A DNA stretch of 64,000 bases from an uncultured Bacteroidales bacterium (GTDB lineage: Bacteria; Bacteroidota; Bacteroidia; Bacteroidales; UBA932), in contig CALUPG010000002.1 in assembly GCA_944322565.1 (NCBI GenBank), positions 208,522 through 272,521 of the forward strand. The letters are read 5' to 3'. Positions 57,223-64,000 of the stretch are shown here, one piece after another. Within the stretch, counting starts at the first letter, position 1. Every line of letters begins with the position of its first letter. The position numbers and the translations under genes are program-made. Below the pieces are notes generated by a model. The model did no database searches, was not told the DNA's origin, and saw only the letters and a program-made list of their open reading frames with translations.

Positions 57223-60189
57223 TCAGAATTTCAGCCTGACTGTCAGCCCGTAGAAGAAGGACGGGATGAAGCCCCGTACTGAAGAATACTGCCCTGTCCT
57301 CGTCGAATATACTTGTCCGTAATTGTTGAAGAAATTGTTGACATAGACCGAGAGGGAAGCTATGTCCCCGATTTCTTTCGTGACACTGAAGTTGGCCGAA
57401 AAATGCGGTGAAATGTAGTCCCTGGCGAAAAAATACAGGAGATTGGAGCGGACCACAAGTCTGGACAGGTCCGTGTACATCTGCGGGTCGTTTTCTGCCG
57501 CCCACCTGAAATCTTCAAGGAAATCCCTCGGCTCCGGATTGTCAAAGCTGACATAATATTTGGGATACATCACTGTGTAGTACCGTCCTGAATAGATGTC
57601 GCCTGCTCCTTCAAGGGGGAAATAGTCCTGCTGTCCTTCCCTGACATACGAGCGGACCATTCCGTCTGAGTCGCTCAGATACCTGCTGTAGTCGTGCAGG
57701 GTGGCTTCAAGCCTCAGGGAGAGGACCAGCCTGATTTTCGGGATGTGTGTGGTGACAGTAAGGTTGGTGTTCACTGTCCGGGTCTCGCGCCCGTTGGATA
57801 TATTGTCTCCCCCGATGTAATATCCCACATATTTGAACGGGCTGCCGTCTGCCGACAGTGTATTTGACGGATATGACGGCATGATATTCATGTCCGTGGC
57901 TTTGTATCCGTAGAAATTTCCGTCAATGCGCACAGAAGTGTTTATTGCCCGGATTTTCTTGAAGTCAAGGACCCATTCCACTCCGTATCTTGTAACAGGG
58001 GAGATGCTGTTGGCTGCGTAATAGCTTGTGATGAATGAGTTCCGGACACTGTGCCCGAGCTCCTGCGCCTCCATCGTGCCGGTCGCATCATGTACGGTGA
58101 CAACACCTGTCACCCTGTCAATCGAGAACACCCTGTCTTCTTCGGGAATAGTGCAGGATGCGAGATCTTTCTGGTCGGTATAGTTGTAGCTGAACCGTTC
58201 ATAGTCCGAGGCAGTGTAGTACGAGTCAAGAATCCTGCTGTAATATCCGGACAGCGAGACCTTGACGATGCCGAGGTCTGCGTCGATGCCTATTTCCGCC
58301 TGCCTGCTTTTCTGCCAGCGGAGGTCTCCGTTGTATTCAATGATTCTCGGCTTGATATAATATGCATAATATGCCTCTCCGTCGGAGGAAGTCGTCGGGT
58401 TGAATACCCTGATGTCCCTGTAAGTGGGAGTCGGATAAAGTATTGAGAAGGACGGGAGCTTGACTGCCGTTCCCCACCCGGCGCGCACCGACAGTCTTCT
58501 GAGGAACGAATCCCCGGCATTTTCTTCACGGATGATGTCGTATTTGGCATTGAAGCGCGGAGACCAGCTTGAAGTGCTTCCGTAGGCAGACCCTTTTATG
58601 AAGGTGGCTTCACCTCTGATTCCGGCCCTGAGGTTGAGCAGAGTGCCGCCGAGAGGTATATGGATGTTCTCTTCAAGGTATACGGCAAGGTTGTTCATGA
58701 ACGGAATCAGACTGTAGTCCCATTCCCTGAAATCCGGCGCCGTGGACATGTCCTCGGAGTATTGGCCTTTTCCGAAATTTTTGTCTCCGGTCCATTCTGC
58801 CCCGAGCTTTACCTTGTTGTTGACATTCCCGAATGTCCTGTTCCATCCGGCCTTGACGGAAAGGCTGTAGTTCATGGGCCTGTCGTCCACGCACATTGTA
58901 TTGTACCTGTATCCTGCCGGAATCAGTATTGCCTCCGCATCGGGATTCGTATCGTATTTCTGTGCCACGAAATACCCTTCCTCTCTTCCGTGGAGGGCCA
59001 CTGTGGCGGCTGCGCTGGAGTAGTTTTTCCTTTCCTCCGTCTGCCTGTCATTGTATACTGCAGAGCCTTTTATTTCCAGATTGGTTATCCATGCCTTGTT
59101 CAGCAGCCAGTCCAGGGTGAAATTTCCCCGGAGCATGTTGTCATGCCGTTTTGTGTATGTGCCGATGAATGCATCAGGGTCGGCCTTGGAGTCATAGCCT
59201 CCGAGATTGCCGGCAGCCGAGACTGAAACCCTCAGCGGGGTTGTCGCCAGTGCTCCGGATGAAAATGTGTTGCTCCATGTCAGCGACAGCTGTTTTCTGT
59301 CATATGAAGTATATGGGGACATCTGGTCGGAGATGGCCCTGGTATATTCAATGTTTGCGTTTACGGTTCCTCTTGTCCTTCCCCGCCTGTCTGTCCCGAG
59401 TGAAAATCCTTTGCTTGCGGAAATCTGTTTTGTCCTGGGATTGCTTGCGAGAGTTACCATATAGGGAGTGACTCCTTTGCGGGTATTGATTTTCACTATT
59501 CCGGAATTGATGTCCCCGTATTCTGCCGAGGGTACTCCCGAGATGACTTCAACGGATTCTATGTCGCTGGATGATATATTGTTGGTGGCGACTCCGGCAG
59601 GGTCTTCGAAACTGCCGTTGTTGGACAGTCTGACCCCGTCCACTTCCACGGCCGTACCGAAGGTCGGGTTGCCGGCTTCCGCCGCGCCCCCTGTCCTGAT
59701 GCTGAATCTCTGCTCTGACACCAGTGACGGATTGGTCGTGACTCCTCCTGGCAGAAGGGCGGAAATGTCGGCCACATTCATGGCCTGCACATGGTCGAGG
59801 GCTGTCCTGTCTATTATCCGGCTCGTGGTTGCGCTGCTCTCGTTTGACTGTGCCGTGACGACGACGCTTTCAAGGGCGAGATTGTCTTCGTCAAGATATG
59901 CGGTGTAGCCGCTGATGTCTTTTGTAAGGGTGATTTCCTCAGCTGATTCCGCATAGCCGAGACATGATACCGACAGGATATTTTTCCCTTCCGGGATATT
60001 GCTGATGCTGAATCTTCCGTCTTCTCCCGCTACAGCCCATTGTCCGGAAGCCTTCAGCACCACAGTGGCGAACTCCACCGGTTCTCCGCTCTTCCGGTCA
60101 ATGACTCTGCCCGAGAAAGTGTACGGGCGGGCGAGAACGGAAAGAGGCAGAAGGAATGCGGCCATATATGTCAGTATCATTTTTTTCAT
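57223..60189 (-). CDS. TonB-dependent receptor (non-SusC type)
   Basis: Signal peptide, N-terminal extension (FATVVL...G.FSISNIPEG), TonB box region LESVVVTA, plug (IESVEVISGVPSAEYGD), barrel and terminal F. Start MKKMIL at 60189. Confidence 0.93.
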   Translation of the reverse strand: MKKMILTYMAAFLLPLSVLARPYTFSGRVIDRKSGEPVEFATVVLKASGQWAVAGEDGRFSISNIPEGKNILSVSCLGYAESAEEITLTKDISGYTAYLDEDNLALESVVVTAQSNESSATTSRIIDRTALDHVQAMNVADISALLPGGVTTNPSLVSEQRFSIRTGGAAEAGNPTFGTAVEVDGVRLSNNGSFEDPAGVATNNISSSDIESVEVISGVPSAEYGDINSGIVKINTRKGVTPYMVTLASNPRTKQISASKGFSLGTDRRGRTRGTVNANIEYTRAISDQMSPYTSYDRKQLSLTWSNTFSSGALATTPLRVSVSAAGNLGGYDSKADPDAFIGTYTKRHDNMLRGNFTLDWLLNKAWITNLEIKGSAVYNDRQTEERKNYSSAAATVALHGREEGYFVAQKYDTNPDAEAILIPAGYRYNTMCVDDRPMNYSLSVKAGWNRTFGNVNNKVKLGAEWTGDKNFGKGQYSEDMSTAPDFREWDYSLIPFMNNLAVYLEENIHIPLGGTLLNLRAGIRGEATFIKGSAYGSTSSWSPRFNAKYDIIREENAGDSFLRRLSVRAGWGTAVKLPSFSILYPTPTYRDIRVFNPTTSSDGEAYYAYYIKPRIIEYNGDLRWQKSRQAEIGIDADLGIVKVSLSGYYSRILDSYYTASDYERFSYNYTDQKDLASCTIPEEDRVFSIDRVTGVVTVHDATGTMEAQELGHSVRNSFITSYYAANSISPVTRYGVEWVLDFKKIRAINTSVRIDGNFYGYKATDMNIMPSYPSNTLSADGSPFKYVGYYIGGDNISNGRETRTVNTNLTVTTHIPKIRLVLSLRLEATLHDYSRYLSDSDGMVRSYVREGQQDYFPLEGAGDIYSGRYYTVMYPKYYVSFDNPEPRDFLEDFRWAAENDPQMYTDLSRLVVRSNLLYFFARDYISPHFSANFSVTKEIGDIASLSVYVNNFFNNYGQVYSTRTGQYSSVRGFIPSFFYGLTVRLKF

Positions 60190-60373
60190 CGCCGCAAAAG
60201 TATTCCACAAACTCTCCCCTGTCCATAGCAATTTGTTGGTATTATTTTCACCGGCATAGCCATATTTAGGTATGTTTCTCGGCGCGGAGGCCGTCTCCTG
60301 ACGGCAGATGATGCTTGCATCTTGAGAAAATTGTCTACTTTTGTGGTTCAATCAAGTATTATTCAACAGAAAT

Positions 60374-62104
60374 ATGATTAAAAGAACATTTCTGGGCCTT
60401 GCCCTTATTCCGGCGGCTCTCATGATGTCTCCGGTTGAGTCCGGGGCCTGCACCAATGTGCTTGTGACCAAGGGTGCGAGTGCCGACGGCTCGTGTATGG
60501 TGTCTTATGCGGCTGATTCACACCAGCTTTACGGAGAGTTGTATTACCGGCCTGCCGCAGACTGGAAGAAAGGGGAGATGCTCAAGATATATGAGTGGGA
60601 CACAGGGAAATATCTCGGGGAAATCCCTCAGGTGCGCCATACTTTCCAGACCGTGGGGAACATGAATGAGCATCAGCTCATCATCGCAGAAACCACATAC
60701 GGCGGCCGGGCGGAACTCTACGACAGTACGGGTATAATGGATTATGGCTCACTCATATATGTGGCCCTGCAGCGGGCAAGGACAGCAAGGGAAGCCATTG
60801 AAGTCATTGTTGACCTGGCAAATAGATATGGCTATTGTTCAAGCGGAGAGTCATTCTCGATTGCCGACAAGGACGAGGTCTGGGTCATGGATCTCATCGG
60901 CAAGGGAATGAAGATGAAAAATGGAAAGAATGTCAACAAAGGGATTGTCTGGGTGGCAAGGCGTGTGCCTGACGGCTATATCTGCGCCCACGCCAATCAG
61001 GCGCGCATCAGCACTTTCCCTCTCAAGGACCGCAAGAACTGCATGTATGCTCCGGATGTGATTTCCTTTGCGCGTGAAATGGGCTGGTATGACGGCCCTG
61101 ATGAGGAATTCAGTTTCTGTGATACATATAATCCTTTGAGTTTCAGTGGAATGAGAGGATGCGAGTCCAGGGCTTGGTCGGCATTCAATATTCTCTGCGA
61201 TGGCCGGTTTGTGTTTGAGGATGAGGAAGGCAATCTTGTGGAGCGCGACGCCTATGATTACATTGACTATGCAATGGGATATGACAAGAGCAAGAGATTT
61301 CCTCTCTTTGTGAAGCCGTCCGGAAAGATAACAATGAAGGATGTCGCCGATGTGATGCGCGATCATTTTGAAGGAACACCCATGGATATGACCCAGGACA
61401 TAGGTGCAGGCGGCAATGCCCTTCCTTACAGGTGGAGACCGATGGATTTTGAATACGGAGGGAAGACATATACCAACGAAAGGGCAATTGCCACACAGCA
61501 GACCGGGTTCTGGTTTGTCGGACAGGCCAGAGGCTGGCTTCCTGACATGGTCGGAGGCATAATATGGTTCGGCACCGATGATGCGGCCACATCATGGCTT
61601 ACTCCTATATATACGAGCATAACAGAAGTGCCGGAATGTTTTGCTGAAGACAACGGCAGTATGCTTGAGTATTCGTCCACTTCGGCATTCTGGATATGCA
61701 ACAGAGTGGCCAATGCCTGCTACCGCATGTACAATGTCATGGCTCCTGTAGTCCGGGAAAAGGCAGATGCATTCGAACTAGCCCAGATGGAGGCTGTCAA
61801 GGAAGTTGACCGCAGGGCTCTTGATATGCTTGCTTCCGGGTCAGCTGATGCTGTGCGCGGCATCCTGACTGAATATTCAGTGGAGACAGCCCGGAAGATG
61901 TTCCGGGACTGGACTGACCTGGAGATTTTCCTGCTTCTGAAATATATGGACGGCAATGTGAAGGGACAGAATCCTGACGGGTCGTTCATAACAAACGGCT
62001 ATGACGACGGCATACCGGGAGACATCACCAATCCCGGCTATACTGACAAATGGAAAGAATCCGTTGTCAGGGAGCACGGCAAAGTCATAGAGGTGGTAGA
62101 GTAA
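60374..62104 (+). CDS. Peptidase C69 (dipeptidase A-like, Ntn fold)
   Basis: Signal peptide then CTNVLVTKGASADGS, GNMNEHQL, ETTYGGR and ERAIATQQT. TACTTTTG -7 box at 60336. Confidence 0.92.
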   Translation: MIKRTFLGLALIPAALMMSPVESGACTNVLVTKGASADGSCMVSYAADSHQLYGELYYRPAADWKKGEMLKIYEWDTGKYLGEIPQVRHTFQTVGNMNEHQLIIAETTYGGRAELYDSTGIMDYGSLIYVALQRARTAREAIEVIVDLANRYGYCSSGESFSIADKDEVWVMDLIGKGMKMKNGKNVNKGIVWVARRVPDGYICAHANQARISTFPLKDRKNCMYAPDVISFAREMGWYDGPDEEFSFCDTYNPLSFSGMRGCESRAWSAFNILCDGRFVFEDEEGNLVERDAYDYIDYAMGYDKSKRFPLFVKPSGKITMKDVADVMRDHFEGTPMDMTQDIGAGGNALPYRWRPMDFEYGGKTYTNERAIATQQTGFWFVGQARGWLPDMVGGIIWFGTDDAATSWLTPIYTSITEVPECFAEDNGSMLEYSSTSAFWICNRVANACYRMYNVMAPVVREKADAFELAQMEAVKEVDRRALDMLASGSADAVRGILTEYSVETARKMFRDWTDLEIFLLLKYMDGNVKGQNPDGSFITNGYDDGIPGDITNPGYTDKWKESVVREHGKVIEVVE

Positions 62105-62164
62105 AAATGCATTGGACATTTCCCATATATTTGATAAATTTGCAGTTTGCGAATTGAAAGAGAA

Positions 62165-62596
62165 ATGAATAAAGTATTTTTGATATTGTCGCTGGCACTT
62201 ATTCCGGCCTCCGTTTCATTCCGGGCTGCTGCACAGGAGATTGAGGCGCCGGATATTGAATCTATCGCCGAGCGGGAGGCAGACAGGCTTCAGTCTTTGC
62301 TTGACCTTGACGGGGGCCAGGTATTCTATGTTGATTCCACGCTCAAGCATGATTATCAGGCAATGGATGAGGAGATGAGGTCTCTGAGAGATTCCAAAGT
62401 GTCCAATTCCTCAATGTACATTGCCGTACAGGACAAATGGATGGAGGCAATCGACAGGTCGTACAAAAAGATTTTTACTCAGGAGCAGTGGGCTGAATAT
62501 CTCAAGAGCGGTGCCGCGAAGCTGCAGAAAGCCCGGGACAAGCGCAGGGCAAAGGCCGAGGCTGCCGAAGCGAAGCTCAGAAAGGCTCTGGAGTAA
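62165..62596 (+). CDS. Exported helical hypothetical protein
   Basis: Signal peptide (..RAAA|QE), helical body and basic C-terminus. Confidence 0.7.
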   Translation: MNKVFLILSLALIPASVSFRAAAQEIEAPDIESIAEREADRLQSLLDLDGGQVFYVDSTLKHDYQAMDEEMRSLRDSKVSNSSMYIAVQDKWMEAIDRSYKKIFTQEQWAEYLKSGAAKLQKARDKRRAKAEAAEAKLRKALE

Positions 62597-62665
62597 TCAT
62601 TGTTGACTTTCGCGGCAATTTGTACCGTCATTCCAATTGAATACAACATTTATAATCTGCAGGTC

Positions 62666-63154
62666 ATGGATTTTTTTGAAGTTATAGCCAAGAGGCACAG
62701 CGTACGGAAGTATGACTCCCGGCCTGTCGGGAGGGAAGTGCTTGACGCACTCATACATGCTGCGGAGAGCGCCCCGTCATCCCGAAATTGCAAAAGCTCC
62801 GCTTTCATGGTGATTGAGGACAGGGACACTCTTGCTGCAATATCCGAGATGAGAGATTTCGGCTCTGGATTTGTCAAAGATGCCCCGGCAGCCATCGTAG
62901 TGATGGGAGACGAGTCAAAGACGGACCTGTGGGTGGACAACTGCGCGATTTCCGCCACCTTCGTCCAGCTTGCCGCCACGGCAATGGACCTCGGAAGCTG
63001 TTGGGTGCATGTCAACGGCCGTCCGCGAAGCAAGTCGGATGCTTCTGCAGGAGATGCCGAGACATATCTGAAGAATCTTCTCGGGATAAAGGACAATATG
63101 AGAGTTCTCTGCGTGATAGCCGTCGGATATCCGGAAGCGCAGAATGAAAAATAA
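62666..63154 (+). CDS. Nitroreductase-family protein
   Basis: KRHSVRKY, APSSRN, QLAATAMDLGSCW and AVGYP. Confidence 0.92.
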   Translation: MDFFEVIAKRHSVRKYDSRPVGREVLDALIHAAESAPSSRNCKSSAFMVIEDRDTLAAISEMRDFGSGFVKDAPAAIVVMGDESKTDLWVDNCAISATFVQLAATAMDLGSCWVHVNGRPRSKSDASAGDAETYLKNLLGIKDNMRVLCVIAVGYPEAQNEK

Positions 63155-63175
63155 TGGAAATTCAGGAGTTAGAAT

Positions 63176-64000
63176 ATGAAAGAGAAAATTGAGGAACTTC
63201 TTGCGGCCATTGATGCGCTTGCGTGTAAGACCGACAAAGAGATAGAAGAGGCCAGAGTCCGTCTGCTCGGCAAGAAAGGTGAAGTTACGCGGCTCTTTGA
63301 GGAGTTCAGGTCTGTCGCACCGGAACTCAAGAGGGAATACGGGCAGAAACTCAATCAGCTCAAGAACGCTGCTGCTTCCAAGATTGAGGCTCTCAGGAAT
63401 GCTGTTTCTGAAAATGCCTCAAGTGCTTCGGCATCGTTTGATCTCACGAAGCCGGGAGAGCCTTTCCCTCTCGGCTCCAGGCATCCGGTATCGATTGTCA
63501 GAGAGGAAATCATAGAGATATTCCGCAAGTTCGGCTACAATGTGGCTGAAGGCCCTGAAATTGAAGATGACTGGCATGTGTTCGAGGCATTGAATTTTCC
63601 TCCGGAACATCCCGCACGGGACATGCAGGACACTTTCTTTGTCACATCAGGACATGATCCGATATTGCTCAGGACGCATACTTCATCAGTGCAGGTAAGG
63701 GCAATGGAGACACTTCCGCTCCCGATTCGCATCGTATGTCCGGGACGCGTGTTCAGAAACGAGGCAATTTCCGCCCGCGCCCATTGTATATTTCATCAGG
63801 TCGAAGGCCTGTATATCGATGAGAATGTCACATTCGCTGATTTGAAGCAGGCTATTCTGCTCTTTGCCCGCGAAATGTTCGGCCCGGATGCAAAGATAAG
63901 GATGCGTCCGTCATATTTCCCGTTCACCGAACCGTCCGCAGAAGTCGATGTAAGCTGCAACATCTGTCACGGCAAAGGCTGCAACATCTGCAAGGGGACA
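63176..64000 (+). CDS. pheS: Phenylalanine--tRNA ligase alpha subunit, runs off the window
   Basis: Translated by hand: MKEKIEELL...LGKKG...GSRHP...GPEIEDDWHVFEALNFPPEHPARDMQDTF...LRTHTS...FHQVEG...RPSYFPFTEPSAE. Confidence 0.96.
   Translation, partial: MKEKIEELLAAIDALACKTDKEIEEARVRLLGKKGEVTRLFEEFRSVAPELKREYGQKLNQLKNAAASKIEALRNAVSENASSASASFDLTKPGEPFPLGSRHPVSIVREEIIEIFRKFGYNVAEGPEIEDDWHVFEALNFPPEHPARDMQDTFFVTSGHDPILLRTHTSSVQVRAMETLPLPIRIVCPGRVFRNEAISARAHCIFHQVEGLYIDENVTFADLKQAILLFAREMFGPDAKIRMRPSYFPFTEPSAEVDVSCNICHGKGCNICKGT

Noticed and set aside
60190-60373. Fur box or cobalamin/TPP riboswitch upstream of the TonB-dependent receptor
   Set aside because: No AT-rich 19-bp inverted repeat or riboswitch core is recognisable. 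There is only a 6-bp GCCGTC/GACGGC hairpin near 60290-60305.
1-64000. Alternative genetic code or programmed frameshifts
   Set aside because: All recognised genes are full length under the standard code with TAA, TAG and TGA all used as stops, and no split genes were seen.

Overview
64 kb of core chromosome from a Bacteroidales bacterium, inferred from TAnnTTTG -7 promoter boxes, a single-chain glycyl-tRNA synthetase, fused SecDF and Bacteroidetes-type gene clusters. It holds about 50 mostly housekeeping CDSs (coaX, mfd, ruvB/ruvA, sdhAB, hflX, ybeY, mnmG, sufS/E, folK, glyQS, dnaE, secDF, secG, clpB, partial pheS) and one tRNA-Ser(GCT). I found no CRISPR array, integrase or transposase. Main signals: (1) the mfd/ruvB intergenic region looks like the replication origin, built from non-canonical TTATCAACA-type DnaA boxes, with parS palindromes 9-13 kb away; (2) two parS-like sites lie inside coding regions and both are translated as VPRGT at the start of apparent insertions in MnmG and FolK; (3) a four-gene operon (TonB-dependent receptor, lipoprotein, beta-barrel, M16 protease) resembles a protease-coupled protein-import system; (4) a ~148-bp triple-hairpin REP/BIME-like repeat family sits at convergent gene junctions; (5) a ThiL homologue has lost its catalytic aspartates, a ClpB lacks its N-domain, and sdhAB lacks an adjacent sdhC. 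All family calls come from motif recognition by eye. No database search was run.
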